From: Dehalococcoidia bacterium
Lineage (GTDB): Bacteria; Chloroflexota; Dehalococcoidia; Bin125
Length of the DNA stretch: 64,000 nucleotides
Reading direction: 5' to 3'
Assembly (NCBI GenBank): GCA_963663235.2
Contig: CAXXNO010000012.1
Location: 128,001 to 192,000, forward strand
The translations under genes were made by a program, and so were the position numbers. Of this stretch, positions 39,926-49,509 are shown in pieces. The notes under the pieces are model-generated. The model did not search any database, was not told the origin of the DNA, and saw nothing but the letters and a program-made list of their open reading frames with translations. How positions within the stretch are numbered: the first letter of the stretch is position 1; every line of letters starts with the position of its first letter.

Positions 39926-40543
39926 ATGACGCACCGCATTACCGCCGTCCGCCGGCGCGGGCGGCGCGTCATCGTCAGTTTCGACCAGGCTGCGCCCCTG
40001 GACTGTGATCGGGATTTTCCCGGCGTGCGGGAGGCGGTGGTGGGTGATGCTCTGGACCTGCCGCTGATCGAGCGATTGCGGCACCAGGCCGTCCGGCACG
40101 ACGCGCACAGCGTCGCCCTCCGTCTCCTGGGCCAGCGAGCGCGCAGCGAGCTGGATCTGTTGAGCCGGCTACGAAAGCGGGGCATCGCCAACGCGATCGC
40201 CAAGGAGACCGTGGCGGGTCTCCGAGACAGCGGCTTGATAGACGATGGCGCCTTTGCGCAGCAGTGGACCGAAGAGCGGGTGCGGCTGCGACCGCGGTCG
40301 GCGCGGTTGATCGAGGCCGAACTGCGAGCCAAAGGGGTTCCGCCGTCGACCGCGAGCGCGGCGACGGCGGCGGTGCGCGACGACGATCTGGCGCTGCGTG
40401 TGGCGGAAGAGCAAGCGCGTCGCTCCCCAGGTGACTGGCCGGCGTTCCAGCGTCAGTGCGGGGGCGCGCTGTTGCGTCGCGGTTTTTCCCAGGCCGTGGC
40501 CGAGCGAGCGCTGCGCCAAGCGTGGGAAGCGCGCCAGCCGTAG
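39926..40543 (+). CDS. recX: Regulatory protein RecX
   Basis: Follows recA; RARSELDL..RL, L.DD..FA, EL..KGV, L.RRGF. Confidence 0.88.
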   Translation: MTHRITAVRRRGRRVIVSFDQAAPLDCDRDFPGVREAVVGDALDLPLIERLRHQAVRHDAHSVALRLLGQRARSELDLLSRLRKRGIANAIAKETVAGLRDSGLIDDGAFAQQWTEERVRLRPRSARLIEAELRAKGVPPSTASAATAAVRDDDLALRVAEEQARRSPGDWPAFQRQCGGALLRRGFSQAVAERALRQAWEARQP

Positions 40544-40668
40544 AGCAACGGCCCGCTTCCTTGCCGGTGTCGCGGGCAAAACCTACTATCGAAGAGTGGA
40601 CCTGAGCAGATCGGGGCCGCACGATAGCAGTTCACCCACCCACATGAAATGTGAGGACAGCACACGCC

Positions 40669-42156
40669 ATGCTTGGAGCCCTCAAGCGGCTCCTGAGGAT
40701 TGGACCCGGTGGACCAGACCCGCGAGAGCAGGCGCGCTTTGAGGCTGAACGGATTGCCGAGCGTGCCGAACAAGACGCCAAAGCCAAGTTGCTGGCAGCG
40801 CAAGAAGAGACGCTGCAGCAGCGCCGCGAATCCGAGGCCGAGATCCGGGAACGCCGGATTGAGCTCGAGCGGCACGAGGATCGCCTCGTTCGACGAGACG
40901 AGAGCCTGGATCGCAAGACCGCGGATTTGGACTCGCGTGACCAACAACTTCGCGACCGGGACCGATCCCTGCAGGAGCGCACAACCGAACTCGACACCCT
41001 CTTCGACGACCAGCGCACGCGGCTGGAGGAGTTGAGTCAGCTCAGCACAGAAGAAGCGCGCGAAACCCTCCTGGCGCAAGTAGCGGACGAAGTCCGCGAC
41101 GACGCCGCGCGCCGCATGCGCGAAACCGAAGCGCTGGTTAAAGAAGAGGGCGAAGTCAGAGTCCGGCGGATCTTGGCCGGCGCTATGCAGCGCGTGGCCT
41201 CCGACGTCACCACCGAGTCGACAGTCTCTGTGGTGCAGATCCCGAGCGACGAGATGAAAGGCCGCATCATCGGCCGGGAGGGGCGCAACATCCGTGCCCT
41301 GGAAGCGGCGACCGGCTGCGACCTGATCATCGACGACACTCCGGACGCCGTGACGCTCTCGGCCTTCGACCCGGTGCGGCGGGAGATCGGGCGGCTGGCG
41401 CTCTCACGGCTGGTGCAAGACGGGCGGATCCACCCGACCCGGGTCGAGGAGATGGTGGAGCGAGCGCGCAAAGAGATTGAGACGACGATCAAAGAGGCCG
41501 GGGAAGCGGCGGCCATCGAAGCCAGTTGTCCGGGCATCTCCCGCGATGTGCTCAACACCTTCGGACGGCTGCGCTACCGGACCTCCTACGGGCAGAACCA
41601 GTTGCGGCATGCCGTGGAGACATCGCACATCGCCGCGATGCTGGCGCACGAGATCGGCGCCGATGCGGACGTCAGCCGTCGCGGCGCGCTGCTGCACGAC
41701 CTGGGCAAGGCCGTGGATCACGAGGTGGAAGGCACGCACGCGCTCATCGGGGCGGACATCGCCAGGCGTTTTAAGGTCCCGGAGGCCGTGGCGCACTGCA
41801 TCGAGGCGCACCATGAGGAAGTAGAGCCGCGGAGCGTCGAGGCGGTCATCGTCCAGATCGCCGACGCCATCTCCGGCGGGCGCCCGGGAGCGCGACGCGA
41901 CTCCTTTGAGCACTACGTCAAACGCCTGGAAGCGTTGGAATCGATCGCCAACTCCTTCGACGGCGTGGAGCGCTGTTTCGCCGTGCAGGCGGGACGGGAA
42001 GTGCGCGTGGTGGTGCGTCCGGACGAGGTCGACGACCTGGGCGCGATGCGGCTGGCGCGAGATATCAGCAAAAAGGTCGAAGAGAACCTCCAATATCCAG
42101 GTCAGATCCGGGTCACGGTGCTGCGGGAGACACGGGCCTCGGAGTACGCCCGCTAG
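40669..42156 (+). CDS. rny: Ribonuclease Y, with no evident N-terminal TM helix
   Basis: EMKGRIIGREGRNIR (KH), RTSYGQN, LLHDLGK (HD), DAISGGRPGARR, YPGQI.VTV.RETR. Confidence 0.97.
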   Translation: MLGALKRLLRIGPGGPDPREQARFEAERIAERAEQDAKAKLLAAQEETLQQRRESEAEIRERRIELERHEDRLVRRDESLDRKTADLDSRDQQLRDRDRSLQERTTELDTLFDDQRTRLEELSQLSTEEARETLLAQVADEVRDDAARRMRETEALVKEEGEVRVRRILAGAMQRVASDVTTESTVSVVQIPSDEMKGRIIGREGRNIRALEAATGCDLIIDDTPDAVTLSAFDPVRREIGRLALSRLVQDGRIHPTRVEEMVERARKEIETTIKEAGEAAAIEASCPGISRDVLNTFGRLRYRTSYGQNQLRHAVETSHIAAMLAHEIGADADVSRRGALLHDLGKAVDHEVEGTHALIGADIARRFKVPEAVAHCIEAHHEEVEPRSVEAVIVQIADAISGGRPGARRDSFEHYVKRLEALESIANSFDGVERCFAVQAGREVRVVVRPDEVDDLGAMRLARDISKKVEENLQYPGQIRVTVLRETRASEYAR

Positions 42157-42159
42157 GGC

Positions 42160-42945
42160 ATGCGCGTCCTACTGATCGGGGATGTCGTTGGGAAGCTCGG
42201 GCGCCGGGCCGTCGCGGCGCTGCTGCCCGCGCTACGCCAGGAGTTGCGGCTCGATTTCGTCGTGGCGAACGGGGAAAATCTGGCCCATGGCCGGGGCACC
42301 ACGGAAGCGACCGTCCGGGAGATGCTCCAAGCGGGGGTCGACGTGGTCACCGGCGGCAACCACACCTGGGCTTACCCGGAATTCCTGCCGGTCCTGGACA
42401 GCGACCTGCCGGTGCTGCGCCCCGCCAACTACCCAGCCGACGTCGGAGGCCGTGGAGTCTGGCAGAGTGAGCGCTTGGCCGTCCTCAACCTGATCGGGCG
42501 GACGTTTATGGCGCCCCTGGACGACCCCTTTCGCGTGGTGGACACGATGCTAGCGGAGCTGCCAGCGGGCCTGCCCGTGGTGGTGGACTTTCACGCCGAA
42601 GCCACATCGGAGAAGCAAGCCTTCGGCTGGCACCTGGACGGCCGAGTGGCGGCCGTGGTGGGCACTCACACCCACGTCCCCTCCGCGGATGCCCGCCTCC
42701 TGCCGCAGGGGACCGCCTTCGTGACGGACCTGGGCCTGTGCGGAGCGCGCGACTCGGTCATCGGGACAGACGTAAGCGCCGTCCTGAAGCGATTCCGGAC
42801 CGGGCTCCCCACCCGGCTGCCGCCTGCCGAGAAAGGGCCCGCGGTCCTCTGCTCGGCGCTTGTGGAGATCGACCCGAGCAGCGGGCTGGCCCGCTCGATC
42901 GAGCGGGTCGACCGTCGCTGGGACCCCGAGCACGAGGAGGGCTAG
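42160..42945 (+). CDS. ymdB: YmdB-like (TIGR00282) metallophosphoesterase
   Basis: GDVVG, NGEN, GNH, RPANYP, DFHAEATSEK, GTHTHV. Confidence 0.95.
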   Translation: MRVLLIGDVVGKLGRRAVAALLPALRQELRLDFVVANGENLAHGRGTTEATVREMLQAGVDVVTGGNHTWAYPEFLPVLDSDLPVLRPANYPADVGGRGVWQSERLAVLNLIGRTFMAPLDDPFRVVDTMLAELPAGLPVVVDFHAEATSEKQAFGWHLDGRVAAVVGTHTHVPSADARLLPQGTAFVTDLGLCGARDSVIGTDVSAVLKRFRTGLPTRLPPAEKGPAVLCSALVEIDPSSGLARSIERVDRRWDPEHEEG

Positions 42946-43815
42946 GTGGCGCGGGCCGACTTCCACACGCACACCACCCACTCCGACGGCATCCTGAGCC
43001 CGACGGCGCTCGTCGAGAAGGCAGCCGCCAACGGCGTCACGATCCTCTCCGTTACCGACCATGACTCCACCGACGGGATCACCGAAGCCCAGCAGGCCGG
43101 CTCTCGGCTCGGAGTGCACATCGTGCCGGGCGTGGAGTTGAGCGCCGACGCCCCCGACGGCAGCGACATCCACATGCTGGGCTACTTTCAGCGCGTCGAC
43201 GACCCGCCGCTCCAGGCGCAGTTGCGCTTGTACCGCGAGGGGCGACAGCGTCGCGGCCGGGTCCTGTTGGAGAAGTTGCAGGAGCTGGAGATGCCCCTCG
43301 ACTGGGCGCGGGTGCTCACGATTGCCGGTGAGGCAGCCGTAGGGCGCCCGCACGTCGCGCTGGCGATGGTGGAGCGCGGGTATGTCGAATCGGTGCGGGA
43401 AGCGTTCGACCGCTACCTGCACGATGGCGGCCCCGTGGCGGCCCCACGCGAGAAACTCCCGCCGGAAGGGGCGATTCAGCTGATTGGGGCGGCCGGCGGC
43501 GTCGCCGTCCTCGCGCACCCCTGCTTCTTGCCAGACCCCGAATCGACGCTGGCACTGCTCGTGTCCGCCGGCATCCAGGGGATCGAGGTGTACTACAAGG
43601 GCATCGCGCCGGAGGAGATCGCCCGCTTCGCCGAGATGGCCGCCCGCCACGGGTTGATCGCCAGCGGGGGCTCCGACTATCACGGGCTGCACGACGACGA
43701 GCGGGAGCCGGGCGACATCTCCTTCGCCGACGCAGACGTCGATCGGCTTGTAGCGGCGCTGGAGTCGCACTGGGCGGCCGCTGAGCCGCCGGCGCCGGGA
43801 AGGCGGCAGGCATGA
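42946..43815 (+). CDS. PHP-domain phosphoesterase
   Basis: [39 protein letters not shown]. Confidence 0.93.
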   Translation: MARADFHTHTTHSDGILSPTALVEKAAANGVTILSVTDHDSTDGITEAQQAGSRLGVHIVPGVELSADAPDGSDIHMLGYFQRVDDPPLQAQLRLYREGRQRRGRVLLEKLQELEMPLDWARVLTIAGEAAVGRPHVALAMVERGYVESVREAFDRYLHDGGPVAAPREKLPPEGAIQLIGAAGGVAVLAHPCFLPDPESTLALLVSAGIQGIEVYYKGIAPEEIARFAEMAARHGLIASGGSDYHGLHDDEREPGDISFADADVDRLVAALESHWAAAEPPAPGRRQA

Positions 43816-44264
43816 CCGAATACGACAGCGCAGCGATCGAAGCGATCATCCCCCACCGGTACCCGTTCCTGCTGGTCGACCGCGTGCTGGAGCTCGAGGA
43901 GGGGAAGCGGGCGGTGGGGATCAAGAACGTGACGGTGAATGACTGGTTCTTTCAGGGGCACTTTCCCGGGAACCCGATCATGCCGGGCGTGCTGATCGTC
44001 GAGGCGCTGGCGCAAGTGGGGGCGGTGGCGGTGCTCAGCCTGCCGGAAAATCGAGGCAAGCTGGGGCTGTTCGCCGGCATCGACAAGGTGCGCTTTCGCC
44101 GGCAGGTGGTCCCAGGCGATCAGTTGCGGCTGGAAGTGACGCTGGAGCGGCTCAGAGGGCCCCTGGGGCGAGCGCGGGCGGTAGCGTCGGTCGCGGGAGC
44201 CGTGGCCGCGGAGGGGCTGCTGACGTTCGTTCTCGCGGACGCACCCATCGAAGGCTCAGGCTAG
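43812..44264 (+). CDS. fabZ: 3-hydroxyacyl-ACP dehydratase
   Basis: [36 protein letters not shown]. Confidence 0.97.
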   Translation: MTEYDSAAIEAIIPHRYPFLLVDRVLELEEGKRAVGIKNVTVNDWFFQGHFPGNPIMPGVLIVEALAQVGAVAVLSLPENRGKLGLFAGIDKVRFRRQVVPGDQLRLEVTLERLRGPLGRARAVASVAGAVAAEGLLTFVLADAPIEGSG

Positions 44265-44271
44265 ACGCGGG

Positions 44272-44655
44272 TCACAGTCGCAGCGCCGCCCAGAAGATCA
44301 AGACGAGGGCCAGGCTGGCCGCGGTCGTCGTGGCGATCCAGCGGAGGTCATGGCGGACGTAGCGGAAATCCCGTGGAGCGAAACCCCGCCGTAACGGACG
44401 CTCCTCGCGCGGTCGTGGACCACCACGGGGGCCCCCGACCTTTTGTGGGCGCGCGACACCGCGGAGCGCGGGAGTCGGCGCGGCCGCAGGCCCACCGAAG
44501 ATGGAGCTGCTGAGCGGAGCGTCGGCCGCGCCGGGCATGGCGGTCGGCGCTTCCCGCTCACGGGGAGCGGTGCCTTTTTTGCGCGCACGCCGGCCGGGAA
44601 GCGTGCCGCTTTTGCTCCCCGATTGACCTCGGACGCCGCCTTTTCGTTTGGCCAC
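44272..44655 (-). CDS. Small basic protein with a C-terminal TM anchor
   Basis: AAGGGAAG RBS before GTG 44655; disordered basic N-terminus, YVRHDLRWI then a hydrophobic helix. Confidence 0.6.
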   Translation of the reverse strand: MAKRKGGVRGQSGSKSGTLPGRRARKKGTAPREREAPTAMPGAADAPLSSSIFGGPAAAPTPALRGVARPQKVGGPRGGPRPREERPLRRGFAPRDFRYVRHDLRWIATTTAASLALVLIFWAALRL

Positions 44656-44752
44656 TGTCCCGCTTCCCTTTAGGGAGTATACGCAGCGGGGAAAGCGCGA
44701 GCCACAGCGCTTGCTTGCCGCTGATCGCGGCGCTCCGTACACTCGAATACAC

Positions 44753-44829
44753 GGCCCCGTGGTGTAGCGGCCAAACACGCCACCCTGTCAAGGTGGAGAT
44801 CGGCGGTTCGAATCCGCTCGGGGTCGCCA
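44753..44829 (+). tRNA. tRNA-Asp (GTC)
   Basis: Acceptor stem GGCCCCG/CGGGGTC, anticodon arm CCACC-CTGTCAA-GGTGG, GGTTCGAATCC T-loop, encoded CCA. Confidence 0.96.
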
Positions 44830-44906
44830 TAACGCACTGACGCCTCACTGGCACGAGCGGGGGGCGATGCGCTTGAAGCGTTCTACAAATCGGGGGCAGG
44901 TCGCGC

Positions 44907-45962
44907 ATGGCAGCAGTTGGACCTGAAACGGGCGCAGGATCTTACCGCGAACTCAAGCGGATCGTCACCGAAGCGGGGTTGCTGGAACGGCAACCTCGCT
45001 TTTACGCGTACAAGATCAGCACAGCCATGATGCTCATCGGAGGGGCGATCGCGTTGGTGGTGGTGATCGGGGAATCGTGGTGGCAGTTGGGCGGGGCCGC
45101 CGTGCTGGCGCTGACCACGATGCAAGCCGCGCTGTTTGGCCACGACGGGGCACACCGCCAGATCTTCCGTTCACTCCGCAAGAACGACATGGTGCCCCTT
45201 TTGCTCACCAGCCCGGTGATGGGGTTCAATCTGAGTTGGTGGATGGACGAGCACAACCTGCACCACGGGCTGCCGAACCACCAAACGCGCGACCCCAACA
45301 TCGACATGCCGTTCTGGGCGTTCACGGATCAACAGTACCAGCGGCGATATGGCGTCTTCCGCTGGATGGTGAAGTACCAAGCGATGTTTGTCATCCCGAT
45401 TAACGCGGTGGGCGCCTTCTCCAAAGTCGTGGAGAGCGGCCGCTTCATCAAGAACCGCAAGTTACGCTATCGGCGAGTCGAGCCGTTGGTCTATTTGCTG
45501 TATTGGGCGTGGCTCCTGTCATTGGCCTTCATTGTGATGAGTCCGTATCAGGCGGTTGCGTTCCTGGCGGTGTACTACGCCGTCCTGGGATTGTCGTTGG
45601 GCGCGCTGATCGCGCCGAACCACAAGGGGATGGTGATGGTCGGGGACGACCATGGCCTCGACTTCCTGCGCTGGCAGGTGTTGACGAGCCGCAACGTGCG
45701 CGGCGGCCGGCTCACGGATTTCTTCTACGGCGGGCTCAACTACCAGATTGAGCATCACCTGTTTCCGACGATGCCGCGCAACCGCCTGTCCGAGGCCGTC
45801 AAGATCGTGCAGCCGTACTGCGAAAAGCACGGCATCTCGTATCACACGACGGGGATGGCCGAGGGCTTCTGGGAGATCCTGCGCGAGATGCACCGGCTGA
45901 GTGCTCCGGCGCGGGCAGGGACCGGCGGCGGCGGTGATGTCGATCGGATGCGCGCAGCCTAG
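44907..45962 (+). CDS. Membrane fatty acid (acyl-CoA) desaturase, Q-box type
   Basis: HDGAH, HNLHH and QIEHHLFP boxes; TM helices. Confidence 0.92.
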   Translation: MAAVGPETGAGSYRELKRIVTEAGLLERQPRFYAYKISTAMMLIGGAIALVVVIGESWWQLGGAAVLALTTMQAALFGHDGAHRQIFRSLRKNDMVPLLLTSPVMGFNLSWWMDEHNLHHGLPNHQTRDPNIDMPFWAFTDQQYQRRYGVFRWMVKYQAMFVIPINAVGAFSKVVESGRFIKNRKLRYRRVEPLVYLLYWAWLLSLAFIVMSPYQAVAFLAVYYAVLGLSLGALIAPNHKGMVMVGDDHGLDFLRWQVLTSRNVRGGRLTDFFYGGLNYQIEHHLFPTMPRNRLSEAVKIVQPYCEKHGISYHTTGMAEGFWEILREMHRLSAPARAGTGGGGDVDRMRAA

Positions 45963-46621
45963 TCCGCCGACGCGACGTAGCGCTTCGAAAGAGGCGCGCG
46001 GTATCGACTACGCGGATCCGCGTTAGGTTCTGTCAGATCTCAGAGCACCGGGACGACTTCGATCTCGCCAGCGTCCCCGAGCGCCAGAGCGGCGGCGGCG
46101 GCGAACGATGCCCGCGCGGGATAGTGGTCCGACAGGCAAGGGGCGCTCTGGCCGATTCTCAGGCCGTAGGCGGGGAATTCGGCGGGTGCGCCCGTCTCGC
46201 GGCCACCTCGACGGAACGGTACCAGCACATGGGGCCCCTCATCACTCGGATGGCATTCGGTGATCTAGTATCCTTTCGAGACAGCAGCGCTTCCTACAAG
46301 CGATCCAGTTCGCCCGATGTGCGGCAGGCCGTGAGCGATGGCCGAGGGCACAAGCCCCCTTGCGATCCAGGATCTCTACTGGCAGCCGGATGTGCCACCG
46401 AACGACCTGCCCTCGGACGTGGTGGAACGAATCGAGAAACGCCTCGGCTCTGCTAGGTCTAGGCACGGATAGGGTTTTGGGCCGGTACACCGTTCGAAGC
46501 CACCTAAGTCGAGTCCTAGGCGAGACCAGTAGTCCCGCCGGTCTGCGAGTCCTGGGTCTAGCTAACGCGTTGGAGGATGCGAACCGACTCCTATCCGAGC
46601 TGAAAGCGTAGGGACAGTTCC

Positions 46622-47407
46622 ATGAATGAACGCGATGATGGATCGCTGGCACCTGAGGACGTAGTACAGCGCTTGCAAGACTCTGAGGAGGCTTTGCGAC
46701 GACTACGGGAGCGTCTCCAGAACATCACCGATGTCGCCGAGCGAGCGGCTCAAGCGTCGCGCGCGCTCGATCAGGTTGCCTCGTCGGTGCGCGAGTACTC
46801 GGCGCCTGTGCAGGAGGCCGATCGAGAGATCTCAGACACTCAGCGGCTCGCGCAGGAGGCACTAAGCGGTGCCGTTGAATACGTCGACGGAACTCGATTG
46901 CGAAGGATTGAGTCTCTGCTCACCGCTGGTAAGCGAGAGCAAGGAGAGCAGACGAAGCAGCTGAGCGACGAGATCTCAACCGCGAGATCTGCGATCGCAG
47001 CGCTTCAAGCGCAACAAAATGAGCACGCTACAGAGGTGGCGAAGGGATTCAGTGAGATCTCAGCCGCGAAGTCTGCGATCGCAGCGCTTCAAGCGCAACA
47101 AAATGAGCACGCTACAGAGATGGCGAAGGGATTCAGTGAGATCTCAGTCGCGAGATCTGCGATCGCAGCGCTTCAAGCGCAACAAAATGAGCACGCTACA
47201 GAGATGGCGAAGGGATTCAGTGAGATCTCAGTCGCGAGATCTGCGATCGCAGCGCTTCAAGCGCATCAAGATGAACACGCTACAAAGATGGCGGAGGGAT
47301 TCAGTTGGATCGCCAATGCCCAGCAGGAACTCATGGCGAAGCTTGCAGATCAAGGCGAAACTCTTAGCGCCCTTGCGAACCGCCGTCGGAGGTTTCTGAT
47401 CTTCTGA
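46622..47407 (+). CDS. Coiled-coil hypothetical protein with four 28-aa repeats
   Basis: 261-aa ORF; EISxARSAIAALQAQQNEHATEMAKGFS four times; ends RRRRFLIF. Confidence 0.75.
   Translation: MNERDDGSLAPEDVVQRLQDSEEALRRLRERLQNITDVAERAAQASRALDQVASSVREYSAPVQEADREISDTQRLAQEALSGAVEYVDGTRLRRIESLLTAGKREQGEQTKQLSDEISTARSAIAALQAQQNEHATEVAKGFSEISAAKSAIAALQAQQNEHATEMAKGFSEISVARSAIAALQAQQNEHATEMAKGFSEISVARSAIAALQAHQDEHATKMAEGFSWIANAQQELMAKLADQGETLSALANRRRRFLIF
46970..47305. repeat. 4 x 84-bp in-frame tandem repeat
   Basis: GAGATCTCA at 46970, 47054, 47138, 47222. Confidence 0.95.
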
Positions 47408-47600
47408 AGCAGATCCGACCGTGCGGTGCGCGAACTCAGTGGTGCACTCCTCCGCGGCATACGTGTAGAAGGGGAGCCCGAGGTCCACGCGCTCATAGGG
47501 GCCCTGGATCATCCAGGCACCCCCCGACCGCCACGCCTGGACCAGATCCCCGCCGGCATGGGCGCAGTGGATGACGTAGGGCGGGCAGAAGCACTCGCGA

Positions 47601-48725
47601 CTAGCTCACGGCAAAACGCGCGGGATCGAACGGGGCGAGGTCGACGCAGTCGGTGCGGCCCTCGACGATGAGATCCGCCATCGCCTTGCCGGACGCGGTC
47701 GAGAGAAGAATGCCTTTGCGCCCGTGTCCGGTGGCGACATACGCCCCGTCCACACCCGGCACGGCTCCCATGATCGGCAGATCGTCGGGGGACAGCGGCC
47801 GCAAGCAGGCCGTTTGCTCGATCACTTCGGCGGCCTCCAGGATCGAGGAAAACCGTGCGCCGATCGCCAGAATGCGGTCGCGCGCTTCGAGAGTGGGGGC
47901 CGGGTCGAAACCGACGCGTTCCATCGTCGTCCCCAGATAGACCAGGCCCGACCGCTTGGGGAGCACGTAGTCATCGTGCTGGTCCGTGAAGCCGATCAGC
48001 GGCAACGGCTTCGCGGGGCGCAGGCGCACGATCTGTCCTTTGAGCGGTTCGACGGGAAGGGGACAGCCAAGCCAGGAGCCCGCGTCGGCGGACCAAGGCC
48101 CCATCGCCACGATGACACTGTCGGTCGCGATGAGGCGGTCGCCGATCCTCACGCCTGTCGCCCGGCCAGCATCGACTTCGATACGCGAGACGCGCCCGTT
48201 GCGTACCCTCGCGCCCATGCGCTCGGCCGCGGTGATGAGCGCGAGCGTGTACTTGTAGGCGTCCAGCTGGGCGGACGGCTCCCCCTCCAGCGCGCCCAGC
48301 AGCGGTCTATCGAGCCAGGGGCAGCGCTCCCGCACTTCCCGCGGAGAGAGCCAGCGTCCCGGCAGGCCAGCGGCACGCATCACGTCCGCTTCCCGACGCA
48401 GCCCCACCGCCTCCCCTTCGGTTTCGGCCAGCGAGAGGCGCGGCGAAGGAGCGTATTCGTACTCCACACCAGACTCCCCCGGCAGCGTCTCCGCCAACGT
48501 GGCGTGCATATCGAAGCTGGTACGGATGAGCTCCGCCATCGATCCGCGCGACTGCTGGAGGTTCGGCGGCGAGAGCAGGCCGGCCGCCGCCCCGCTCGCC
48601 CCCGACGCCACGCCGTCCGCTTCGACGATGACGGCGGCAACGCCGCGCTTGCCAAGGTAGTAGGCGATGGCCGCGCCGATGACGCCGCCACCGCAAATCA
48701 CGACATCCGCCCCGTTGCTGGTCAT
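47601..48725 (-). CDS. FAD-dependent oxidoreductase, glycine oxidase/DAO (ThiO/DadA) family
   Basis: GGGVIG, ASGAAAGLL, P.KGQ, LRP..PD.LP, GHGR.GILL; TGnTAGAAT extended -10 at 48768-48776. Confidence 0.9.
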   Translation of the reverse strand: MTSNGADVVICGGGVIGAAIAYYLGKRGVAAVIVEADGVASGASGAAAGLLSPPNLQQSRGSMAELIRTSFDMHATLAETLPGESGVEYEYAPSPRLSLAETEGEAVGLRREADVMRAAGLPGRWLSPREVRERCPWLDRPLLGALEGEPSAQLDAYKYTLALITAAERMGARVRNGRVSRIEVDAGRATGVRIGDRLIATDSVIVAMGPWSADAGSWLGCPLPVEPLKGQIVRLRPAKPLPLIGFTDQHDDYVLPKRSGLVYLGTTMERVGFDPAPTLEARDRILAIGARFSSILEAAEVIEQTACLRPLSPDDLPIMGAVPGVDGAYVATGHGRKGILLSTASGKAMADLIVEGRTDCVDLAPFDPARFAVS

Positions 48726-49114
48726 CGCTTTGGTCGTCCACAGTGCCTCAGCGTGTACGGTGTCACGATTCTATCAGCGCGGCTGAAATCCGCAGATCGC
48801 GCGCCTCGAGTCCGGCTGTGGGACGCCAAGGACCCCAGCCGACCCGGTTCAGAGGCGCAACCCCCAACCGGCATGCCCCGCCCAGCGGTCACCGGGCGCG
48901 CGGATGGGACGGTCGTGCGCCACAGGCCGCGCGCCCCCCAGGTCTCGGCCTTCCAGCACCATGACGGGGCCCGGAGGCGCCCCTCAGCGGCCCCTGGTGG
49001 GGACGGAGCGGGCTGTGGGCTGCAAGTCGGTGTCGCGAGTCGTGCGAAGAGGGAGCCACTCAAGTGGGGGAGGCAAGCCGCGAGGGCGTTCCATCGCCCG
49101 GCGGCCGGGGCGGA

Positions 49115-49291
49115 CTAGGAGGGCGCGTGCTGCGTCGGCTGTGACGGGCAGAGCGGTCGGTCCAGCCACTCAGATGTCCTCGGGTCCCGGTACGGGTGGT
49201 CATCGAGTGGCTGGGCGCACTGCTTGCACAGCCCGGTGACGCCGCGTGGCCCTCTCTTCAGGTCGTGAACGAACTCGTCTCCAGCGCTCAC
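49115..49291 (-). CDS. 58-aa microprotein with a CxxC-x6-H-x15-C putative zinc finger
   Basis: GGAGGAGG 8 nt before GTG 49291; MSAGDEFVHDLKRGPRGVTGLCKQCAQPLDDHPYRDPRTSEWLDRPLCP. Confidence 0.6.
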   Translation of the reverse strand: MSAGDEFVHDLKRGPRGVTGLCKQCAQPLDDHPYRDPRTSEWLDRPLCPSQPTQHAPS

Positions 49292-49509
49292 TGGTTGCGC
49301 CTCCTCCGGCCCTCTCACTAAACAGGCCGCGGAACGCTCGCGTTGTGACGCCGGCGGTGGCGCTGCGTGCGACGCTCCACGCCGCCCGCCGACGGCCGGA
49401 CGGATGGCGCCGCATCCTGCGGGGTGAAGGCGAGGCGCGGGACGATCACCCGGCGCTTGGCGACCTCCCTCGGGCCGCCTAGCATCAAGGCCATCGGAGC
49501 GGGGAGCGC

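Noticed and set aside
48726-49110. TPP riboswitch and a thiO call for the DAO-family gene
   Set aside because: No TPP aptamer core seen, an extended -10 lies only ~40 bp from the start, and there are no thiS/thiG neighbours.
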